Origin: the human T2T-CHM13v2.0 reference genome, Homo sapiens
DNA: 64,000 bases
Direction: 5' to 3' (one strand)
NCBI RefSeq assembly: GCF_009914755.1
Contig: NC_060936.1
The translations under genes and the position numbers were made by a program. The notes below the pieces were generated by a model. The model worked only from the letters and a program-made list of their open reading frames with translations, was not told where the DNA came from and searched no databases. Position 1 is the stretch's first letter; every line of letters begins with the position of its first letter. Below, piece by piece: positions 44,763 through 58,048 of the stretch.

Positions 44763-47128
44763 TAGTTCAGTTTCTTTAGAAATGTTTTACTTCTCTTGGA
44801 GTACTATTTGCCAAGATATTATAGTTGAATGGACTGTCCACGGAAAAAAAAAAACAATTATTCCACAGTTGGTAGCAGCATATTTAGACATAGCATATGC
44901 TGCATATGCTATGTGGCTACTGAGCTATATGATTATAGCTCAAAGGACTGTAGTCACTTATGTTGACGGCTAGGCCGTTGCTCATATTTTTGGGGAAAAT
45001 AAATAGATTTACCAAAATCCTCTGCCTCTTAACACTATAGAAACACCAGTGATTCTGAGATAATATTTTGTTATAATTCATAATTTATTTAGTTTCTCCT
45101 AGACTTTGTTTACTAAACTATAAAGTAAGTAAAATAATCATTTTAACTTAAAAAATAGAAAATTAAATGATATAATATCTGGGAAAGTATTCTACAAGCT
45201 GCAAAGTGCAAGACAAATGTATGATATCATTACCACTATTTTAGATCATCTGGATTTATTTTATTCCTGCATTTTATTTTTCTCTTAAGCAAATGCAATG
45301 GCTTGGAGGAAAGGAAATAATTTTCTTGCCTACCTACTTTACTTTTGCTTAATGAAATGTTGTTAGATGCAAATTAAGAGCCTCTTAAATGCTTAAATAC
45401 ATGTTATGTTTATCAAACATTTAAGCTTTCCAATATTAGATTAACATTATCAATAGATTACAGATTTTTTCTGTGACAGCTGTCTCTTATTTATGCAGAA
45501 TTATTTTTCTCTGTACTTATATTTGTCTTTTAAAGTGAAAAAATTTTTTTGCTTGAGTATGCTATACGTGCTCTTACAATAAAAGTTTTTAATTCATCTG
45601 ATGAGCAAAAATGATTTTTTTAAATGCTGAGAGCAACCAAATGGTATTCACACTGGGTCTTCAAAAGTGGGCTAGAACTCACCAGTCTTTTCCAGTTCAG
45701 TGAAGTATTTGTTTTTTATATCAGTGGAACTCTAAGTTTCTTTCTATGGGTTCACAAAAAACTACAAACAGAACCTTTGTATGACATACCTAAAGAAGTC
45801 AGATTCAAGATATGCTTACATTTATTCTGACAATTGACATGGGAACAAATCTCTTAAATTATTCAACTTTCCAGTAGAAATAATCCCCACTTGGCTTTTC
45901 TGAAGACCTTGAGCTCCAATATAATTCAAACACGTTTAATTAAAGAAGAAAAACACAAAGTAGGTTTTATCTTTGCATGAGTGTGTGATAGAGAAAAATA
46001 TATGTTTTATAAAACTAAATTTATAATCAAAGTGATAACTTTTACTTGCCCTTGAAGAATATTTTTAATAAAATTCAGCTTTGTTTTGTAAATAATGTAG
46101 TGCTTGCCTGTGGTTGGGTTAAGTATGCAGAAATTTTTTCCTGGAGAACGAGAGGATATTACCTGCAGACCTTTGCTATTACCAAGAACAAAAAAAATGT
46201 CTACATATTATCCATATGGAGGACTGTGCTTGGTAATAAAATCAGTAAATTACAATAAATGCCAACGAGCCTATTCTAGTCCAGGGCTATTTGTTATAAC
46301 AAAGTCTCTACTCAGACTCTGAGCACAATATATATTAAAGGACTTCTCTGCTCACAGTGCTTATATATTTTTTCTTCTTCATCTTGATGTTTGCTCCTGG
46401 TTTGGAGAGCTCAGAGTAAACTTATTTTCTGTTCCTAATCAAAAAGAAAAAGAAGAGAAAAACAATTCTGTAGTTAGTGATCATGACTGTCCACCTGGCA
46501 GTGGAATCATGAGTGAATATAAAATCTCAGAAGGTGGGCTGAGGACCAGCAGGAGAGGACCAGTTTCTTGGAGAGCAATCAGGCACCTTAACACATGGGT
46601 AACCTGAGGGAGAAGCTCATATAAAATTTGGTCTGACTTTTCCCAGAGTGCTTTTACCTCAGATGTTTACTCCAAGGTCCCCAAATCCAGAGAAATAAGG
46701 ATCAAGAGAAAAAGATCAAGTTTTAAAAATGTCTTTTCTGTAATAAAGGGAAGAGAAGGTCCCAGGGATGCTTTGCTTGAAATCAAGGAAACAATGAGCA
46801 TGGGAATTGCCATCAGCGTATTCACTGGACACGCCTTAAATCTGTTAGAGGTCAGAGAGCTTTACCTAAGCAAGTAGGTTCTGGCTGAGGATGCTTTTTG
46901 TAATCACTTCCAGGGAGTAACAGTGTACTTTTTGAGCCTTAGAAACCAGGATCTTTCACGGGCATGAAAGGTGCACAGGAGTATTATTTTCAGCACATAA
47001 GGATTTTGTGTGTGGTGGGGAGGGGTGGTGGTAGTTACAATATTCTTTCACTTCTCAGGACAGCTCTTGGATTTTGCTGTCCCTCAGTTACTGCTGACAT
47101 ATGCTTGGTGAATATAAAAGGCCCTAGA

Positions 47129-47637
<509 letters not shown>

Positions 47638-49380
47638 TTAAATTGATCTTCTTAAATAGGGCAGAATGGGGAGCAAGGATGGCTTCTGCTTATCAAGGGA
47701 TTAGACAAGCACAGGTCCTGCTTTTATCACTCGGACATTATCTTGGCTTTTCTACATTCAGTTAGCTCCACAGTTTTGTTCCTTGGGCAACAAAGATGAA
47801 GAGGACCTATTAAATTGCCAAATATGTCCACTCTAAATGTAGCAGAAACAGCTACATTATGTAGCTGTGCTAATTTGGCTTTTTATTGTGTAGGAAGTAA
47901 GCTGATCCCCTTGTTTCCTATAGCAGCCCAAATTTTCTGTATTGATGCATGCACATGGAGACCTCCTTTGAACTTGGTTTTGAACTTTGGGACTGTTGGC
48001 CTTTTTATATGGAATTGTGCATCACTTAATATTTTTATTTTTATGTGTTTTGCCAGGATTTTCATGCTATGAACTACATCAGACAAGGTGTATCCTCGTG
48101 GCAGAAGAAGGAAATAAAACAAAATAATGAATCCAGTTGAAGTACCGTTTTAGAGATACGATTTATTTTTCATTTTTCATGCATGAATTTTGTGTAGCCT
48201 TCTTCTTAGTAACACCAGCTTTACTGATGCCCTGATCCAAAGGTGTTTATGTAAATCTCTCGTATCCAAACCACAGAATTCCCACCATCATGTGTAAATA
48301 GAAGGCACTAGATAAGCAGGTTGTCAGCAATACCACCAGGCCAGAAACTCTGCTCCTTGTGAGAATTTTCTACCAAAAGAACTTGAAAGTATCTCAATAA
48401 GCCATAAAAGGTTGAAGTTTATTTAATCATGCTAGCTCTGTAAATATTTCTAAATCTTCCATTACTTAAGGGCTATATTTATACTAATATGTATCAGATC
48501 AATGCCAAATTTATCTCCAGCAGTAAAATGTTAAAATAACCTTTAAAAAACTATTTTTTAAAAAACAAAAAAGGTGACCATAAAGATTGGCACATTCATA
48601 TCCTTTCTAAAGTGAAAGTAAAGGACAAATTCAGTTTTTTATTTTAGTCATGGAACACCCGGGGGAAAAAGAGAACAAGCAAACTATGCCACACTTAGGG
48701 GTATTTGAACAATTGTAGTTTAACATTTCTAGTTTTTAGTTAAATTTAGTTAAAATGGTAAATTTTATATCTATCTTACCAAAATAAAAATACATAAATC
48801 AGAAAAAAATTTAATTAGAAAATAAATTTCTTATTTTTTAAGTCATATTGCACCATGCGAGTGCCCCGAACAACCTTGAAACCCTGACAAGAGACACAGC
48901 AGGGACAAAAAATGCAGTCAAAGGGCTCTCCAGCTCCATCCACAGCATAACCCAGCTCTTGCCAAGATTGACAAGATCTTGACAAGAAGAGTCTACTCTT
49001 CCTCAGTAAGTGGAATGTTTATCACTGATCAAGCAGTCTTGTGATTCAAATAAACCCTTTCCTTCTCGACACTCATTTAGTTGTGGTGCCACCGCCTCTT
49101 CCTGGAGCTATTGGGACTTTCAAGTTTAGGGAGGATGTGTCATTCATCTAAATGGATTCTCTCTTTTGTCAGTCAAGAGAAGCATTTACCGGAGTGTCTT
49201 TCCTGGAAATACAAGGTCTGAGGGATGTTCATAGCTGCCCATTAAGTGAGGTCAGTGAGGAGTCCAGTGGTCAAATAAACTTAGGAAATGCTGAGTTACA
49301 CAAAATAGGTTCCTTTGTTACAAGAATCATTAATAGATGTTAACTCATGACTTTTCAGGAAAGGAATATTCAGAATTTTC

Positions 49381-49645
49381 TTGGGAGTCTGAGGCAGGAG
49401 GATCACCTGAGGCCAGGAGTTTAAGACCAGCCTGGGCAATATAGCGAGATTCTGATGCTACAAAAAAAAATCTTTAAAAATTAGCTAGGTGTGATGGTGT
49501 GCACCTGTAGTCCTAGCTTCTTAGGAGGCTGAAGTAGGATGATTACTTGACTCCAGAAGTTCAAGCCTGCAGAGAGGTATGATTCCACCACTGCACTCCA
49601 GCCTGGGCAACAGAACAAGACCCTGTCTCTAAAAACAAAAACAAA
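49381..49645 (+). mobile_element. 5'-truncated AluJ inside a probable old hAT-type remnant (~49180-49730)
   Basis: ggaggatcacctgaggccaggagttt..gcctgggcaatatagcgaga; TSD agaattttc at 49372-49380 and 49646-49654. Confidence 0.9.
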
Positions 49646-50286
49646 AGAATTTTCCAAGAAAATTTTCCGGTAGAGCTTTCCCAGGATAAAGCATTCCATG
49701 AATATACTTTTGGGAAAGCATTGGTCTAGAAAACACATGAGGGGGGCAATGCCTTGAAGTGTTATAACCAAAATAGCATTACTGCAATTTCTGACTACAA
49801 TTTGTACTAAAAAGGGACAGAGGGTGTGAGATTCAACTGCAATTAGTAGTGGTAACTTTTGCTCTTATGAATAACTTGTAGACAATCAACGGGTTTTGCT
49901 CTTTCACTCACTACTCACTTAAGAATTGGTAACACATGCAGGATTACTGAAGACTGGGACAAGTGGAGTTCTGTGTGTTGTATCTCGGTATTTCTGTTAG
50001 GCATGTTGGTAATGGTGGCAATGGCCACGATGGAAGTGGTAGTGGGTGAGTAGGGGTGGAAATAAAGGTTGAACTTCTGAACGTAATAGTCATGTGGAAG
50101 TCAATATAAATGGCAAAACAAAGGTTTAGATGATTGGAATAAGGGAAAATAGTGGTATGTTTATTTCTACTTGTCAGGGTATTAACACTCATACTGAAAT
50201 GGTTTCCATGTTTAGAAGTTTCAAAAGGACAAGATAAATATATGTCCATGTGTTCATTTCTGTACATCTTAAAGTGCCTACAATGT

Positions 50287-50771
50287 TTCTTTTTTTGATT
50301 TTTTATTTTTCATATATATAGGTACATAGTAGGTACATATGGAGTATATGAGATACTTTGATATAGGCATATAATGCATAATAATTACATCATGGTAAGT
50401 GGGGTATCCATCCTCTCAGGCATTTATCCTTTGTGTTATAAACAATTCAATTATATTATTTCAGTTATTTTAAAATGTACAATTAAATTATTATTGACAA
50501 TTGTCACCCTGTTGTGCTAACAAATACTAAGGTCTTATTCATTCTTTCTATTTTTTTGTACCCATTAACCATCCCACTTTCCCCCTACCCTACCCACTAC
50601 CCTTCTCAGCCTCTGGTAACCGTCTTTCTACTCGCTATCTCCATGAGTTCAAATGTTTTAATTTTGAGCTTCCACAAACAAGTGAGAACATGCAAAGTTT
50701 GTCTTTCTGTGCCATGATTATTTCACTTAACATAATGACCTCCAGTTCCATCCATGTTGTTGCAAATGACT
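50287..50771 (-). mobile_element. L1MA 3'-end fragment
   Basis: Reverse complement of the 33800-34270 L1 3'UTR type (ggggtatccatcc..gcatttatcctttg..cagcctctggtaacc). Confidence 0.9.
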
Positions 50772-51150
50772 CGTCAGAAGTTTGGTTATCCCACGTCATG
50801 CTAGTGTAACACCCCATTTTATCAGCAAAGATGAAAAGCTAGAATTACCATTAAACTTGTCTTCAAAAATAAGCTAAAAGTTTTTTAACTCAAAATTTAG
50901 TAAACTGTTTTGAATGTGGTGATAAAGCTGGGTTTGCCTTTTTATGTATAAGTGTTTATGTCACATCTCAATAATTACTCTAGAATTCCTAATAACAGTA
51001 CAAGCTAAATAAGTTTGAAAATCATATAATCTATTGCTATAATTTGGTATAAACTAAAAATGGTGAAATTCAATCAAGGAGTGAATGCTTTGAAAGCTGT
51101 ACCATTTTTGCACCAGGAAATTCCCTAAGAAAATAAAAAGTAATCAAGGA

Positions 51151-51527
<377 letters not shown>

Positions 51528-52616
51528 TTACTCTACTATTTTTAAGTTTTTATGGGCACATTTTTTAAAATCATTGCTATATCTCATATGTACTACTTTG
51601 GGATCAGAACACAAAAAAGCTGGAAAAATTCCTTTAAATTACTTTTTGGCTTCCTGGGCCATGTAGCATCATTAAAATCCTATTTCAGGACTCACGTGAA
51701 TGTCTTTTTTTTTTTTTTTTTTTAGACAATCCTTTCTAAAGAAACCACCCTTAATGACCTAGCTACAAATGCCATTTCACTTTAATGGGAGATTTCCTTC
51801 AGCTGTGGTTTTAACATTATGAAAATTTTGACTCCAAATGAAAATGATAGCAGAGATTCTCTCATATTTCATTAGCCAAATCCTGAGCAAGAGAATGATA
51901 CTGGGGACTTTCCTTTTGAGTCACATATTATTTTTAATTGGTATGTATGAATTAAATAAAGAAAAATATTTTATATTTATACATAACCAATAAATAAAAA
52001 AATCTAATTCCATTTTGGTAAAATCAAATGTAACACATTGTTGACACTAATGACAATGTTTTACACTTGTAGAGTACTTTGTAGATTTCTGAGTGGCAGT
52101 TATTACTTCAGTAGAAACTCACAATTCGTCCGCTAAATAAAAAGGGACAAAGAGGCAATGAAAGCCTTGAAGGTTCAATGACTTGTCCAGGGTCACATAG
52201 CAAATTACTTTCAGAGGTGGGGTTACCGCCCCACTTTACCATCTGCTCCTCCACATGCAGAGTGCCTGTTTCTCTGTGGTACAGACAGTGTAACTCAATC
52301 TAGTAGATTAAAATAGTAATGACAGCTACCATGTGAATAAAACTTTCCAGTTTATAGGGTTCTTCCACATAAATTATTTAATTCATCTTTCTAACAACAT
52401 TTTGAGGTTAGTATTATTGTGACCATTCCCATTTAAATAAAACAACTGAGATTTGACAATATCAAATGACTTTGGCCTTGGCTGTAGAAGACTCGGGTCT
52501 TTGAATCCTAGTTGCTTGTCTCTAAGCTGCTCAAGTAACTCTCAAATGCAGAAATTTATATTTAATTTTATGATGATGTCTTTTTGTCTCTTTGGGAAAA
52601 AGCATCTTCCTAACTA

Positions 52617-53789
52617 CAGTCATGCCCCAATAACAACCTCTCCATCAACCACAGACCACATGTACAACAGTGGTCCCATAGGATTATAATGGAGCTGAAA
52701 AATTACTATTGCTTAGTGATATCATAGCTATCCTTATGTGGGCATAGTGCAAGGCGTTACTCACGTGTTTGTGGTGATGCTGGTGTAAACAAACCTACTG
52801 CGCTGTCAGTCATATAAATGTCTAGCACATACAACTATGTATAGTACATAAGACTTGATAATAAATGTCTGTTACATAGTTATATATTTACCATTTTATA
52901 ATAGTTATCAATATTTTAGTGCACACCTTCTACTTATAAAAAAAATGTAAAACAGCTTCAGGCAGGTCCTGCACGAGGTATTTCAGAAGGCATTGTTGTC
53001 ATAGAAGATGACAGCTCCATGTGTGTTATTGCCCCTAAACCTTCCAGTGGGATAAAGTATGGAGGTGAAAGACAATGATATTGATGATCCCAATTCTGTG
53101 TAGGCCTAGGCTAATGTGTGCTTTTGTCTTAGTTTTTATAAAAAAGTTGAAAGAGTAATACAAAATTTTAAATACAGAAAAACTTTTAGAATAGGGATAT
53201 AAAGAAAGAAAAATATTTTTGTATAACTATACAGTGTGTTTGTGTTTTAAGCTAAGTTCCATTGCTAGAGTCAAAAAGTTTTAAAAATTCCAAGTTTACA
53301 AAGTCAAAAAGTTACAGTAAACTAAGGTTAATTTATTATTGAAGAAGAAATTTTTTATATAAATTTAGTGTAGCCAAAGTGTACAGTGTTTATAAAACCT
53401 ACAGTAGTGTACAACAGCATTCTAGGCCTTCACATTCATTCACCACTCACTCACTCACCAGAGCAACTTCCAGTCCTGCAAGCTCCATTCATGGTAAGTG
53501 CCCTATATAGGCATATCATATTTTATTTTTTATACTGAATTTTTACTGTAACTTTTCTATGTTTAGATTTAGAAATATTTACCAGTGTGTTACAACAGCC
53601 TGTAGTATTCAGTACAGTAACATGCTGTACAAGTTTGTAGCCTAGGAGCGATAGGCTCTACCATATATCCTAGGTGTGGAGTAGCCTATACTATCTAGGT
53701 TTGTGTAAGTACAGTCTATGATGTTTGCACAAAAATGAAATTGCCTAAGCTGCATTTCTTGGTGCTTATCATTAATTGATGCATTATTG
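52617..53789 (+). mobile_element. Tigger3 (Tigger3b/GOLEM-type) non-autonomous DNA transposon
   Basis: TA|cagtcatgc...gcattattg|TA; gtggtcccataggattataatggagctgaaaaatt; cagagcaacttccagtcctgcaagctccattcatggtaagtgcccta. Confidence 0.9.
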
Positions 53790-54092
53790 TATATATTTCT
53801 TATGGAGACAATAAAGTTAGTGCACATTTCCTAAGCCAGCATCCCTCAGTAACAGAGAGAGGTGACCTAGAAAACAGCAGAGATCATCACATTTAGATGA
53901 CTCTGAGCTTTAGTACTCTTCCTTAAGATATATCTGCTGTTAAAGTACAGCAATGAGCCAAAGGCAGAAAGAGAGACATTTTCAACATGATTTTCACTTA
54001 ATTAATGGTATTACTTATTTAATAATAATAATAATATTACTTATTTAATAATCAATTTTGTTTATTTCTCAGTGGGCAGCTAACTTTTTTAA

Positions 54093-54446
<354 letters not shown>

Positions 54447-54852
54447 TGAAAAGTTATGAAAGACTTGTAGAGAATTGATGTAATACAAATGATTCTTGTC
54501 TACAGCAATGTAGATTGTTTTCAGAAGAATGCAATTGATTATTGCCCTGTAAATATTGACCAGTTTTATTTCTATTTGGAAATTCATCTCAGCATTCCTC
54601 TGAATTCTCCTTTTTCATAATTACAATATTGTACTGTTTCTCTCATTAATGGGTTAAATGAAATCTTTAATATATGTTTAGTTTATATTTGCATGACAAT
54701 CATGATTTTACCTTTTAAAAAATCCTGTAATCCTGGAATGTAATATTTATTCTAAAACCCAGGTTTGCTCATTAGATATGATGAGATTAGACTAGACTAG
54801 AGCATTCTTGTAAGTACTATCAGTATTCTTATATTACGAATATAAGAAACTA

Positions 54853-55177
<325 letters not shown>

Positions 55178-55187
55178 TTAATGTAAG

Positions 55188-55525
55188 TGTCATGGTGTGA
55201 TTTTTGTGTCTTCCCCCAAAATACATATTCCAACTGCCAAGATGATGATATTAGGAGTGGGGCCTGTGGGAGGTGATTAGGTCACAAGGGCAGAGCCCAC
55301 ATGAATAGGATTAGTGTCCTTATAAAAGAGGCCTTATCCCTTCCACCATGTGAGGTCACAGCAAGGCGACACTATCTATAAGCCAGAAGGCAGGCCCTCA
55401 CCAGACACTGACCTGCCTTGATCTTGGACTTCCCAGCTTCCAGAACTGTAAGATATAAACTTCTCTTCTTTACAAGCTACTCTGTTTGTGGTGCCCTGTT
55501 ATAGCAGCTGAAACAGACTAAGACA
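55188..55525 (+). mobile_element. MaLR solo LTR (MST/MLT1A1-like)
   Basis: TG...CA; gtattaggagtggggcc-like text, gggaggtgattaggtca, cttgatcttggacttcccagc..gactaagaca; TSD gtaag/ataag. Confidence 0.85.
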
Positions 55526-56435
55526 ATAAGAATATAAAGTAAGTAAGATAGAGAGATGAGCAAGTTTCCAAAGCCCAGCGTCAAATCATAAACACAAGCA
55601 TCACATTCTACTGCCTCTACTCCCCATGCCTACCTCAGAGCTGGGATACTGCCAAGAGTTCTTTATTAATGATCTAGGCTACGACAGAAATGTGCGGCTT
55701 TGTCCAGCCTAAAAACTCTAAAGACATGGTTCTACCAGAACATGCCATTCCCACAGGAACATCTGAGATCACTGAGAATAAATTTTATTTGGAGCCTTGA
55801 AACTATAAGCCTGGCCAGCTTTGGGCCTTTTTGTAGCAACAGACCACACTGATCCTGATATGACACAAACACATTAAGCTTCTCTCATGACCCTTTCACG
55901 GAAACTTGAAGTGAATCCATTAAGATTCTATGCAGGACAGTTACAGTGTGAGAGACTGGTAAGAAACAGCTCTCCACAATGGCATCCTCAATTTACATTA
56001 ATTACCGCTGATTTTGCTTGGAGACAAAAGTGTAAAAATATTATGGTTTCTGAAAGTAAGCAAGATTAGCATGAACTTTGTATGGATGAGCATAAGTCTC
56101 TAAAGGATCAGAATATTACAATAGAATATTTAGATTTGGTCTTGGGTGAAATATTTGTTGATGTGTACTACTGAAACTAAAGATAAAAACAACTTCTCAT
56201 ATATGCCATACCTCCCCTTCCTTGATACTATCCTCAGTGATATTATAAATATTGTTAGAATAAGCTTTACAAGCAATACTCATTAAAATATGTGCAATAT
56301 TATTTTGATAATAGCACATATTGAATGTGTTTTACTCTGATTCTTTAGAAAATTAAATTTTAAGAAATTAAGGAACAATAAGAAATGTAATAATTTTTAG
56401 TAGCAATTATTTTTGAAATACATTCAAATATATCC

Positions 56436-57430
56436 CATGCTGGCCCTGGTTGTTACTGCTGTTAGGGTTTCTGGTCTCTCTGCTTCTCTCTTTCTTCACA
56501 ACCCCTAAGCCATCTTTAACCACACTTGGCCATCTCGTTAATGTGTGTAGTGTCACCCTAGACTTTTTCACATCCTGAAAAATAATTTCAAGCAATTATT
56601 TTTGAAATACAATTATTTTTGAAATATACCAGCTGTACCAACTTTCATTTCACTTTTATCATATCAGGACTGCAGTTCAAACCTTTCCTACTTTCTAACT
56701 GAAGCTCCACAGAATCCATAGTGCCAAGCCCAGTAAGTTAAGGAAAAGCTTTTCAGAGAGCCACTGCATCATGTTGTCATGCCAGCACTCCAGTTAGAAC
56801 TCTGAGAATGACAAGTTCTACATCCTCATCTTAGAGTAAAATGTAACTGTGCCCCAAAGACCCACTCATCTCCAGCATATCTCCAGCCTTCCTTTCTCTC
56901 ATTGTACTCCCTGTCCATTATATCCCACTCAGCTTTAAATGTGCCCAACACATACTCATCCCTTTCCTGATTCCTGTGCCTCCATAAATCCAGGGCCTTA
57001 ATGCCTCCTCCCCAGCATGGTTATACCATCGACCTCTTCATCACTGAGACTTCTTCTAATACCCAAAGCTTGAAATGTGCCCCTTTTACCTGAACCTCTT
57101 TCCTTTACCATTTTTCCTATTCTTCCACCCTCTCACTCTTGCTGACCTTGATCTTTGGAGGGATTATGATCAAGAACTGAAGCTGCTCAACTCTTCTCTG
57201 TACTCACCACCCTCTTCTCAGACCTTAACCCTGCATTCCACTCCTTGACTTTAAATGGCAGGGTTTCTCCACTCCCACTCCCTCGTTCATGCTGGCCCTG
57301 GTTGTTACTATTGTTAGGGTTTCTGGTCTCTCTGCTTCTCACTTTCTTCACAATCCCTAAGCCATCTTTAACCACACTCGGCCATCTCATTAATGTGTGT
57401 AGTGTCACCCTAGACTTTTTCACATGCTGA
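56436..57430 (+). repeat. 143-bp direct duplication (56436-56578 and 57288-57430)
   Basis: Ungapped hand alignment, 7 mismatches in 143 nt (~95%). Confidence 0.97.
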
Positions 57431-57683
57431 TTCTTCTTGTAACTGTTTGACCAGGCCCCAACCCTAGGTAACCCCACTGCCTGCTTTCAGCTTTTGCTAG
57501 GCCTTCACGTAGGGCTCCACGGTTTCAAGAATATGACAAACTTGAGATAAATGGCAACACTTAGAAAACTTTAAGGAAAACATGATGAAAAAATTAAAAT
57601 TTTTCTTCTGTGAATAAATACTTTCTTTCCTCATCGTGCCCCTTTGCTACCTTTCTCTATGCCCCATACACACTCAGCAGCAG

Positions 57684-57693
57684 ATGACGTCAT
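57684..57693. promoter_or_regulatory. Full palindromic CRE ATGACGTCAT
   Basis: Exact motif match; function unproven. Confidence 0.3.
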
Positions 57694-57722
57694 TCAGAAC
57701 TTTTACTAAGAATAAAGAGTTC

Positions 57723-58048
<326 letters not shown>

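Noticed and set aside
56407-57477. Two paralogous small ORFs (VKKSRVTLHTL..) and a hydrophobic 61-aa ORF at 57245-57430
   Set aside because: By-product of the 143-bp duplication in pyrimidine-rich DNA; the starts are non-ATG and there is no supporting gene structure
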